Below are positions 31,718 to 42,500 of a stretch of 64,000 nt of DNA, piece by piece. The notes below the pieces were generated by a model, which was not told the DNA's origin, ran no database searches, and saw only the letters and a list, made by a program, of their open reading frames with translations. The stretch spans positions 1,116,001 to 1,180,000 of the forward strand of contig OX337237.1 in NCBI GenBank assembly GCA_946965045.2, given 5' to 3'. This DNA comes from Epithemia pelagica (taxonomy: Eukaryota; Protista; Bacillariophyta). Position 1 is the first letter of the stretch. The number at the start of each line of letters is the position of its first letter. The position numbers were made by a program, and so were the translations under genes.

Positions 31718-33268
31718 ATGGCGCTCGACACACTGCAACGACCGGTCGTAGCAAGGCCGTCGTCCCTGATGACACAAGATGCGGTACCATCACCCAAACA
31801 ATCGTCCTCGCAACCATCACCACCACCGTCGGCATTGCGTCGTCGTCCCCTGGCCAAACCCAAGCAGGTTCGAATTCAACTTCCCCCTTCCGCCTTGGCA
31901 GCAGCAGCAGCCTATCATTTGGCCGCGACCGATTGTAGTACCGATAATAATACTACGACGACAAACACCTTGGTGTGGGTCCCACCGATACGAATCCACG
32001 CCATGCGCAAACCCAAAAAACACAAACAGAAGAACAACAAGAAGAAAAAGGCTAAAAAGGACAACAAGGAGAAGGACACTATCACCCCTTCTCTTGCCAA
32101 CAGTAAAAAGGACATCAACGAGAAGGACACGACCACCAACACCGCTACCAAGACGACACCGTGTGCTTTGACTCCACCCGCCAGTTGTATCCCTGGGGTG
32201 GTGGAGGAACCACCCTCCGAGACGACGAGTGGGACGACGTCCGTGGCCATTCCCATTCCTCCCTCGCCCGAGCCCCGAGCGTTTTCGGTTTCTCCATCGC
32301 CCCCACCAACCACCAGCACAATCACCACAACAACACGTGCGCCGCATCCGGTTCGCATGCCATCGGCCTGGGAACGAGATCAACGACACAAACAACAAGA
32401 GGAACAACGTTTGGCCCAGTATCGGGAACTTGTCATGTTTCACCGCATTTATCAACATCGTCGTCGTGGTCGATCGCGTCCCTTTGGGGGCGAATCGTCC
32501 CAGGACCATCACCAGGTCACTCCCCACAACCACGCTCTGCTTCGGTCCTTGATGCAGGCACAACATTCCTCCCAGCATCATCATCATCATCAACAACAAC
32601 AACAACAACAACAACAACAAGCAGTGTTGCCCCCGCCACCCGCAACGGCAACCACCACACCACCACCAACCACCATGGTCCCACCTCTTTGGCCTCGTCC
32701 CCGTCGGATCCCCCCTCCTCCATCATCCACCAATAAGAATCATCGAGCACCGGCTCCCCTTCCCTCGGTGGTATGGGTCGATCCGCCCCATTCCACCACC
32801 GATCCGGATCCCGGAACGACACCACTTGGGGCCGACACGAGTATTTCCACCACCACGCCGAATCGCATCCCCACCGCGAATACCACTCGCATCACTGCTG
32901 TGCCCCATTCGATGACTTGCGACACGGGCACGGACCATGGTCCCCCCGGCAAGTACCAAAATATCTTGTCCATTCCCTCCGTGCCCTCCTGCTCCACACG
33001 GGCGACCTCAACAGCTACTGGTTCCATTTCGGCAACGACAACAACGGCGGGATGGGGCCCCGTACTGGCGCACCCCTCGCTTCCTCCCGTTTCGTGGACC
33101 ACCACTGGGGCATCTGGAACGACGACCATGGCCAATCCCAACCATTCGTGGAGGACGTCATCGTCGTCGTTGACGGTTCCCTGGACACCCAGTGGATACG
33201 AAATTACCACGGCACCAACCAGTTTGGTGTATTCCGAATTGGATGGTGTCTTTCAGTTGGACTTGTAG
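31718..33268 (+). CDS. Hypothetical Pro/Thr-rich disordered protein (516 aa) with a short helical motif and a C-terminal FxLDL
   Basis: Long ORF with K-rich, polyH and polyQ tracts; AQYRELVMFHRI; ends SELDGVFQLDL*. Confidence 0.65.
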   Translation: MALDTLQRPVVARPSSLMTQDAVPSPKQSSSQPSPPPSALRRRPLAKPKQVRIQLPPSALAAAAAYHLAATDCSTDNNTTTTNTLVWVPPIRIHAMRKPKKHKQKNNKKKKAKKDNKEKDTITPSLANSKKDINEKDTTTNTATKTTPCALTPPASCIPGVVEEPPSETTSGTTSVAIPIPPSPEPRAFSVSPSPPPTTSTITTTTRAPHPVRMPSAWERDQRHKQQEEQRLAQYRELVMFHRIYQHRRRGRSRPFGGESSQDHHQVTPHNHALLRSLMQAQHSSQHHHHHQQQQQQQQQQAVLPPPPATATTTPPPTTMVPPLWPRPRRIPPPPSSTNKNHRAPAPLPSVVWVDPPHSTTDPDPGTTPLGADTSISTTTPNRIPTANTTRITAVPHSMTCDTGTDHGPPGKYQNILSIPSVPSCSTRATSTATGSISATTTTAGWGPVLAHPSLPPVSWTTTGASGTTTMANPNHSWRTSSSSLTVPWTPSGYEITTAPTSLVYSELDGVFQLDL

Positions 33269-33320
33269 TAGTAGTAGAAGTGGCGTGTTCAAAGAAACGA
33301 GGACGAGTGGACGCATCCGT

Positions 33321-33321
<1 letters not shown>

Positions 33322-33354
<33 letters not shown>
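33322..33354. repeat. (TCA)11 microsatellite; a second (TCA)7 lies at 33922-33942
   Basis: Read directly, in the convergent 3-prime intergenic region. Confidence 0.9.
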
Positions 33355-33939
33355 CAGGATCATGATTACACATTTTTCGTTCTCGATTTTGTGGCCCGTT
33401 TTTTGTTTTACATGTTTGGCGTTTGGGAATCTACACGACCGTCGACCCTTGATGGTCCTTCCCACATGACGCATCCTCCGGATTGAGAGAGAGACAAGAC
33501 CGTTTTTGGCTAGCTAGCTAGCTATATCTATACAACGATTCCTCCAAGCAAGATTGCATACTAACAACTAAAGGCACTATTCATTCAATGTTGCTCCAAC
33601 AACAACAAAATAGATTGAATGAATCCTCCGTTTGGGCAGGAGAACTACCCCCAAGAGTCGTTGTTGTTGCTTTCGTGTTCCATATCGTCTGGGGGAATAG
33701 TGTCCGTCTTCAAAAGCATGGCATCTCTTGGACGCCTTTGCCGTAGGTATAGAGAGAATGAGTCTCCTTGCGCTAGGAGTACTATGGTCGTATCAATGGG
33801 AATTCTCCAATTGTCGGAGAACAAATGCTTTCAAGAGAATGCGTGTATACTAATAGTAACTAATAGTAGCTCTGGGATATATATGTATCATGACTGGTTC
33901 TTTACTTTTGTGGTTGTGATCTCATCATCATCATCATCA

Positions 33940-35679
33940 TCATGAGTCTTTGGTGGGTGATGGAAGGACCCAACAGGCGGCATGATTCCATCCCGCACTG
34001 ACTCGTACGACTGGTTTGGTATCCTGAGCAAGGTTTGATGTTGTAAAGTCCATGGGAATGCGAGTGGCTTGATGCAATCGGGAAATGGTGGATCCCTGTC
34101 CCAAGACACCATTGGTTTTGACGGAACTATTGGTCGTGGTCGTTGTACTTCGACCACTGGCCCCTCGTCGTCGTGGGGCAATGCCCCACGAATAGACATG
34201 ACCCTCGTGATCGACCGCCAAGGTATAATCTTCGCCACACGCCACTTGGACCATGTTGGACAGGTTGGTCGTCGTGGTTGTCGAGTCCTTGTTGGTCTTG
34301 TCGTCATGGTCGTCGGTTCCGTCCACAACAAAGGGTACGGGTGTGGGATCGTAATGCAAGGACATGCCCCAATAATAGGCCTGTCCTTGTGCCGTCAAAC
34401 AGGCGGCATGGGAATGTCCGGCATGCATTTGGACAATGCGTTGATTGGATCCTTGTCCCACCCATTCATCCGTCGGTACCGGTTCGGGTACCGCTTGCAT
34501 GGCATAAATATCCACGGCCAAGCCCAATCCGGTGCCCAATTGACCCTTGTGATTGCGACCCCACGAATACAGGACGCCTTGTTCCGTCAAGGCCAGAGTA
34601 AAGGATTTGCCCGTGGAAAGGGACGTGACACGACTGGCGGTGGTCAAGACTTCGACGGGTTCCAAATACAATTGATCGGTGGTTTCAAAATTGCCCAATC
34701 GACCATAGGAACCGGCACCGGTCGTCAAGACTTCTCCTTCGGTCGTCAAGACAGTCATGTGCAATTCTCCCACCTGTACTTGATCGACCAAACATCCATC
34801 TTCCACCAAGGATTCGACCAAGGTGGGCGTCAGCAATCGATTGGTACTGGCATTGGTCGTCGTAGTATTCGAGGCATCCGACAGGGTTCCTCCCTGTCCC
34901 AACCATCCCATTCCCGTCGTAAAGGCCGATCCTCCAAATCCCATGGTATACAAATCGCCTTGCGTATCCACCACGGCCGCACTGTGCACCCCAAAACTCA
35001 CTTGCCGAATGCCCGTCCCATGCGGCAATTCCAACCGGGTCGGTTCCGTGACGGGATTGGCATGACCCACTCCCAATTGTCCATGCTTGTTGTCTCCCAT
35101 GACAAAGCACTGGCCATTGGTAAAGAGCCAGGCCGTTTCCGTGGGACCACATACCACGTCGCACAAGGTACTCCCATCCGTGGGCACCCACGACGACTGC
35201 CGTGTCCAATCCACCGCCGTGGGCACCGTCAGGACTGATTCCGAGGCATGACTGTCCGGCTTGAGCAATTTGGTATTGCCATCGTCCATCCCCCACATGT
35301 ACAACCGGGGTTGTTGTTCGGCAGCAGCATCAGTGGGTGCGGAGGATTCGGTGGCGGCTGCTGTCGCCGACGAAAAGGTACGACGCGGGAATCCGTCTGG
35401 TCCCACACCACGAAACAGAGTGCATTGTGATGATGGTGGTTGTGGTGCCAGAAGAGTCCCCATTCGGGGTCTCCACGAAACGGCGGCTCGTCCATAATGC
35501 TTCATCCGACAACTGGAATGATACGTTCGGGCGAGACACGACAGTTTGTTGCTTCTTCTTGGTATGGCAGGACTGCGACCACTCCCAAACAGTGTCGTGG
35601 AACCCGTGGACCACACGAGACGCGAGGAGGATGAAGACGACGACGACAACAACGACGACGACATGGTGGGAGAATCCAA
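33940..35679 (-). CDS. RCC1-repeat beta-propeller protein, probably mitochondrial (RCC1L-like)
   Basis: Repeats CFVMGDNKHGQLG, VGELHMTVLTTEGEVLTTGAGSYGRLG, GKSFTLALTEQGVLYSWGRNHKGQLG, GHSHAACLT, CGEDYTLAVDHEGHVYSWG, AGWNHAA. R/S-rich N-terminus ending RRTFSSA. Start is 35679 or 35505. Confidence 0.85.
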   Translation of the reverse strand: MDSPTMSSSLLSSSSSSSSRLVWSTGSTTLFGSGRSPAIPRRSNKLSCLARTYHSSCRMKHYGRAAVSWRPRMGTLLAPQPPSSQCTLFRGVGPDGFPRRTFSSATAAATESSAPTDAAAEQQPRLYMWGMDDGNTKLLKPDSHASESVLTVPTAVDWTRQSSWVPTDGSTLCDVVCGPTETAWLFTNGQCFVMGDNKHGQLGVGHANPVTEPTRLELPHGTGIRQVSFGVHSAAVVDTQGDLYTMGFGGSAFTTGMGWLGQGGTLSDASNTTTTNASTNRLLTPTLVESLVEDGCLVDQVQVGELHMTVLTTEGEVLTTGAGSYGRLGNFETTDQLYLEPVEVLTTASRVTSLSTGKSFTLALTEQGVLYSWGRNHKGQLGTGLGLAVDIYAMQAVPEPVPTDEWVGQGSNQRIVQMHAGHSHAACLTAQGQAYYWGMSLHYDPTPVPFVVDGTDDHDDKTNKDSTTTTTNLSNMVQVACGEDYTLAVDHEGHVYSWGIAPRRRGASGRSTTTTTNSSVKTNGVLGQGSTISRLHQATRIPMDFTTSNLAQDTKPVVRVSAGWNHAACWVLPSPTKDS

Positions 35680-36532
35680 TCAAGAAGAACTGGAATTGTG
35701 TGTGTCGGAGAGAGAGCAACAAGACAAGTCTTTTCTTGTGTGATCCAAACTGGAGTCTTGGTGGTTGTTGCTGCTGACTGTGCTAGCGGTAACTGTTGAA
35801 TGCTTGTCTCGCAGTCGATGATCCGATTCGGAGACCAAACGAAAAGGAAGGGAGCAACAGAGGAAGATCCAAATCTCTGTTCTTTGTGTGTCTCATGGTC
35901 TCGATCGTCGTGGTCTGTCCGCTGCCAGCTAGGAGTAATAGAGGACCTATGTGTCCATACGACTCTATCGTCTATTGAGTTGATCGAGAGTATAGCTTCG
36001 TCGCTTTGTGTGTTTAGAAAAGATTGGCAAACTCAGGGCTACTAAGGGCAAACCACAAACAATGGCTCCTCCCAGGGACCGTTGTTTCGGGGAAGATGGA
36101 CTAGAGTGACGATTCAACAGATTCTTGAGACAAGAATTATGGCTGTCTTCGAATGTAATCAAGAGAGTGTATGCTGTCCTCCTCCAATGAGAGAAATAAT
36201 GTGGGTTGTGTGGAATTCCTATCGATGCTATGGTTTGTTCGATTGCTTTTCACTTCACTTCTTATTTTGTTTTGGTTATAACTACTAAATGGGGTAAATC
36301 TCGTTTCGTTTGTCAATCTTTTTCACATGCAATGTCGTTCTTTCGTTTTTGTTTTTTTCAATATCAATTTTTGGTTTCGTTTCAATATCATTTTCATTTC
36401 ATTTCTTTCATCATTATCATCTTCATTTCTTTCATCATTATCATTTTCATTTCATTCATCAGTTTCATTTCATTTCTTTCGAATGTGTCAGTGGCAGCCC
36501 ATTTCTGAGTCTCACTGTGAGTCTGCTGCTGC

Positions 36533-39500
36533 TTAGAGGTGCAAGCTGCTTCCAAAACTTCCCAAGGTACCGCTTCCCACACAGGGTCCACAGTAATCCT
36601 TGGTGTAAAAGCGCAAGACTTCACTATCGGCTTCGGGGATACAAAAGGTTTGATATCCCAAACGAGCACTGAAATGGCACACATGGACAAAGTCCGCACC
36701 ACCTTCGCAAGGAAAGTCGCGGGCCAAACAATAGTACGTTTCCGTATTGGGTTCGCTGACGGGAGCGGGCATGGTCGGAGCGGAATCGCCGTCGTCGTCG
36801 GACGCCAAGAGACGCGAATGAGTACATTGGTCGACGAGGGCATCGCTCAAAATAGCAAACCAATCGGGATTGGTTTTCGTGTACACCAAGGAAATCACAA
36901 CACCGATTTCGGAGTCATGGTCCACGGGGAAGGAGATGGAAATCTTAAAGGCAGTCAATCTATTGGCAATGTCTCCGCCTTGGAAGGTCACAAAGACTCC
37001 AAAACCGCCGCCTCCCACGCGATGATCCACTTCACTGACTTCTGTTCCCAACTTCAATCCAAACATCTCGTCATTCACCTACAAACAAACAAAAAGTCAA
37101 TTCAAAACGACGGGTGAGTCCAATCTCCCTCTCACACACAAACTATACACGACACGACACACATCCACCATCCCTCCAAACGCCGACACTCTACTTACAC
37201 CCAAATCCAATGGGACATTGGATCCCTCGACGGCCAGCAGAATATCAAACCTGGCAATACCGTGTACGTCACCCATCCAGACATTCTTGCTGATCGAGCC
37301 GCCGTCATCCATTCCAAAGCGTCCCAAGGAATGCGTGTACGTTTTACTTCCCACATCCATACCGATTGGGTATGTCGTAGCCAAGGTCCAACCGTGTTCG
37401 TTGGAAACCGATTCAAAGGTATGTTCCTGCACATCATCCGAGCAACTCGAGTAGGCTTTGAGCACCATATTCGAAATACCAAAGTCGGCATGCGAAGCCA
37501 AGAAACCAAACGTGAGTCTACCCACGAAAGCGTATTGGGCAACAGGAATGACAATGGTCAAATGATTCTCCGTGAGAGAAGACGAGAAGATGCCAAACTT
37601 GAGATGTTCCGGGTGTTCCCAAAAAACTCCAAAGTCCGTCAGGCTGCTGTCCAACTCAAACAGAGGGCCATAGAGGTCGTTTCCAATACGGAAGCTTAGC
37701 TTTCCAATGGAATCTGCTGTCAACTCATGCAAATCAAGTTTCAGCTCCAAATGCAACGCGGAAGAGGGTACTTTGATCGTCGTGGAAACTTCAATTTCAT
37801 TCTTAATCTTCAATACATGTTGACCATTAAAGGTCTCTTCAGTTGCAAAGAGCAAAGAATCAACGGGTAGGATGTTCCAATCAGGATGATCGAGAGTTGG
37901 GCAGTCTGGTGTACACGGAATGTTGAAATGTACTTTGATACCGTATCCACCCGCTTGTTTCTCGTGTTTCTCGGCACACTCCGAAGGCAGATCATCCTTG
38001 TACATTTCCGAAAAGAACTCATCAAAAACATAAACATCTCCTGAAGCAACTCCTCCCACACATTGCACGACAAATGGCTGAGGCAAGTCTCCAGATGGGA
38101 TGCCGTAGAATCCGGGGCACTCTTCGTCATGATTTACGAGCACCTGGCAAACATTGTCCGTCCAGATTTGTCTCACTGAAATAGTAACGTTGTCAGCTGT
38201 GACTGTGTCAATAACGATAACGTCGTTATAGTCAGCAGGTGTCGTAACCGGTGTAACTGGGCATGAATCACACATGGCATAGACTTCAACGTCTGTTGCA
38301 AACACTGTATCCTTGAAAGATTGGAACCCAAGCTTGAAGACTTCACTAAAGCTGGTAGGAGGTACAACCACTTTGACCCTGCACATGCCATTTGAGGGAC
38401 AGGTCACGCTCACTTGAATGCCTTTGTGTAGCATATGCAAGTCATCTTTCTCGCTGGGACTGAAGTGTCCCAGGTTCAGGCCAAGGTCGTCACCGACCAA
38501 GACGACCAGTTCACCTGCATTCTCCTCGTTCACAACAAACTCAGCAACGACTGTGCCTGTACCTTCGGGCAATATATACGATTTAACAGTTGTGTTGACG
38601 CCATGTTCTTTTTCTTCGAAGAAATTCCACCCAAAAGTTGTTTTCGTAACAACTGTGTCGCATACATCCATTACTGGAGCACACTGGGGTGGTCCATACG
38701 AGCAAGGAACAAGGAAGGTGTACTTGTTCCCTTGGACATCTCCGACCTCACAAGATGTCGGGAAATCGGCTAAACCGTCCTCCATAAATTCAGGATCATG
38801 AACCCAAACTGAAATAGTTGCCATGCCGTCAAAGCATTGGGCTGTGTGCAATCTTGTGTCACCCGCATCCAAGCTATGATGAGGTTCACAATTGGTATAC
38901 GTCTCAACATCAGGGAGTTTTGAGGCGATTGACAAAACACACAAGGTATCGTTCTTGAATGCTTGAATCACCTCGACAGTGACGAACGTCTCGTTCAGTG
39001 AAACAATTGAAACGGGAAGGAAATCCAGAGGGAACGTGTACGGTTCCTCCGCAGTTACTTCGATCGCTGGACAAGATGTCGGGCTTGACGTCGGAGTTTC
39101 GGTAGGACCAAATGTAGGACCCATGGTTGGGCCTGCCGTAGGACCCATAGTTGGGCCTGCCGTAGGACCCATAGTTGGGCCTGCCGTAGGACCCATGGTC
39201 GGGCCTGCCGAAGGACTTGTCGTAGGACCCATTGTTGGGCCTGCCGTAGGACCCATTGTTGGGACGGATGTTGGACTCGCTGTCGGAGCACTACACATGG
39301 CATAGACTTCAACGTCTGTTGCAAACACTGTATCCTTGAAAGATTGGAACCCAAGCTTGAAGACTTCACTAAAGCTGGTAGGAGGTACAACCACTTTGAT
39401 CCTGCACATGCCATTTGAGGGACAGGTCACGCTCACTTGAATGCCTTTGTGTAGCATATGCAAGTCATCTTTCTCGCTGGGACTGAAGTGTCCCAGGTTC

Positions 39501-42500
39501 AGGCCAAGGTCGTCACCGACCAGGACGACCAGTTCACCTGCATTCTCCTCGTTCACAACAAACTCAGCAACGACTGTGCCTGTACCTTCGGGCAATATAT
39601 ACGATTTAACAGTTGTGTTGACGCCATGTTCTTTTTCTTCGAAGAAATTCCACCCAAAAGTTGTTTTCGTAACAACTGTGTCGCATACATCCATTACTGG
39701 AGCACACTGGGGTGGTCCATACGAGCAAGGAACAAGGAAGGTGTACTTGTTCCCTTGGACATCTCCGACCTCACAAGATGTCGGGAAATCGGCTAAACCG
39801 TCCTCCATAAGTTCAGGATCATGAACCCAAACTGAAATAGTTGCCATGCCGTCAAAGCATTGGGCTGTGTGCAATCTTGTGTCACCCGCATCCAAGCTAT
39901 GATGAGGTTCACAATTGGTATACGTCTCAACATCAGGGAGTTTTGAGGCGATTGACAAAACACACAAGGTATCGTTCTTGAATGCTTGAATCACCTCGAC
40001 AGTGACGAACGTCTCGTTCAGTGAAACAATTGAAACGGGAAGGAAATCCAGAGGGAACGTGTACGGTTCCTCCGCAGTTACTTCGATCTCTGGACAAGAT
40101 GTCGGGCTTGACGTCGGAGTTTCGGTAGGACCAAATGTAGGACCCATGGTTGGGCCTGCCGTAGGACCCATAGTTGGGCCTGCCGTAGGACCCATGGTCG
40201 GGCCTGCCGTAGGACTTGTCGTAGGACCCATTGTTGGGCCTGCCGTAGGACCCATTGTTGGGACGGATGTTGGACTCGCTGTCGGAGCACTCATGGGCGA
40301 GGCCGTTGGGCCAGCGGTTGGACCTCCGGTTGGTAGTGAAGTGGGAGGAGATGTGGGAGCTTCGAACGGGGAAGTAGTTGGACTGCTGGTTGTGCTTGAT
40401 GGATCAATGTCATCCGGCGTCGGTTCATTCGTCGGGACTGTGGTAGGGACCATTGTCGGGTTACTTGTTGAGACAACCGGAGAACTAGTTGGAATTTCAT
40501 CATCACAAAGAATGTACGCTGTCACATGAGCAAGCCCGGCACTTTTACCCGTAAGATCTCCATCGTAGTTACGAATGTAAAGCCCGAAAGTAAAGGAGCC
40601 ACTCTTGAAGACGACGTTGGGGACGATAAGGGTAACTTTCATTTCTCTCATGTGGTTCATGTCGCTGTTATCATCGCCATGGTTCATATGGTTGATTTCA
40701 TCGCCATGGTTCATATGGTTGTTTCCGTCACCATGGCTCATATGCTTGTTTCCATCGCCATGGTTATGCTCTACAGGCTCCGCAGGTTCAACAGGCTCAA
40801 CAGTCACCCAAACAGCAACGGTTTCGTCTTTACTCCTGGCAAACCTTGGCTCAGGCATCAGATCGAGTTGAAAAACGAAATTGCCCACACGCGCAAGAAT
40901 CTCATCAGGTCTGCCATGAGATGGATAAAAGACAGTGAAAGTCATTTTCATGGATTCAATTCCTTCTGGAGCAGGGTAGTCTCGGTATGTTTCGGGAGAG
41001 TGCTTATCAAGGAGCAAAAAGCTACCAGTTTCAAGTCTTCCGCCTTTGAACGGACCGACCGTAGTCTCCAAATGATCATGGATGCTTTTGGGTGTATAGT
41101 CAACACAATTTTCTTGCATAGGAACTGGACAATCAGGATTAGGACCAAGACATGGGATACGATACTTGTATGCTTCAGTGGGTAAGTCTGGAGCAATGAG
41201 GTTACATTCGTCTGGTATATCGAGATGATCTGGAAGTAAACCAGAAACTTCGTCACGGATAAAAAGCTTAATGATGACTTCACCATCCTTGCATTTCGCA
41301 TTGAATTCATCACTCTTCCAACCAAAGTTCACATTTCTCTTATCCGGGCAAACATACTCGTCATCCCCTTCATGAAAGTGAACTGCCAGTTCACAAAGAG
41401 AAATATCATTCCATGGTTGCCTCACAGTAAAAGTGACGGTGTCATTGCCAACGCTTAACACTTCGATCGGATTCTCCCGTGGAGGTGACGTGTAATTGTA
41501 GTCGATTAATTCCGCTTCATACAACGGACAGGCGGTCGGGGAAGATGTTGGAACCTGCGTAGGCGATTCCGTTGGTGTGGCTGTAGGAGTTGAAGTTGGA
41601 CCCGCGGTTGGTGTGGCTGTAGGAGACGAAGTTGGACCTGAAGTCGGAACGCCAGTCGGAGAAGCTGTGGGGTTTCCAGTAGGCATCGACGTCGGTGGTT
41701 CAGTTGTTGGGTAAAGCTGTGCGTTCCCTTTGCCTGAGGGAGCAGGGGAACTGTCGTCACAGTAATAAATGCTGTCGAGGGCTGCACCTCCGTACAGCTT
41801 CACCTCAACTACAGTAACATGTCGTAAATCAATATGGATCTTACCATCTCCCTCTCTCGTAAAATTCGTGATTGTGCCATCCACTTGAGTCACGACAACT
41901 TCCACTTTTTCCGAGACATCCACAACTTCAACGTATTCGATAACATCAATAACTGGATCATTCGTGATTGTAATAACACCATTATCCTTGCGACTACCGT
42001 TTTCTTGAACAGTAGCAACAAAACCACCGTCTGCCCCTTCTTCCGCGATGGGGACTCGATGTTTGCCATTTGTTGTCATCTGGAGATCCAAACCCCAAAT
42101 GACATCTCCTGCTTCAGTGTCCTTTACCTCCGTGGCATTTTTGGATGGGTTAGACTTTGTCGTCATCGAAAAGTCCTCCCTCTTCGAGTCAACACAAAAC
42201 ATAGTGGGAGAGGCAGTCGGAACCTCTGTTGGGCTTTGTGTAGGGCTTGATGTGGGTTCAGAGGTCGGCGATTCCGTTGGAGACGAAGTCGGACCACTAG
42301 TCGGAGGCGAAGTAGGACTTGCCGTAGGACCATCAGTCGGAGACTCAGTTGGGAGCGATGTAGGACCAACAGTTGGAGGGGAAGTTGGACTTGCCGTAGG
42401 ACCATCAGTCGGTGGCTCAGTTGGAGACGAAGTCGGACCACCAGTGGGGGGCGAAGTAGGACTTGCCGTGGGACCATCGGTCGGTGGTTCAGTTGGAGAC

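Noticed and set aside
36390-36480. AT-rich TTTCA/TCAT repeats downstream of the mucin
   Set aside because: Low-complexity 3-prime flank; no structure or function supportable.
36539-37117. 192-aa plus ORF
   Set aside because: Antisense to the mucin's last exon, which has a clean phase-0 splice join.
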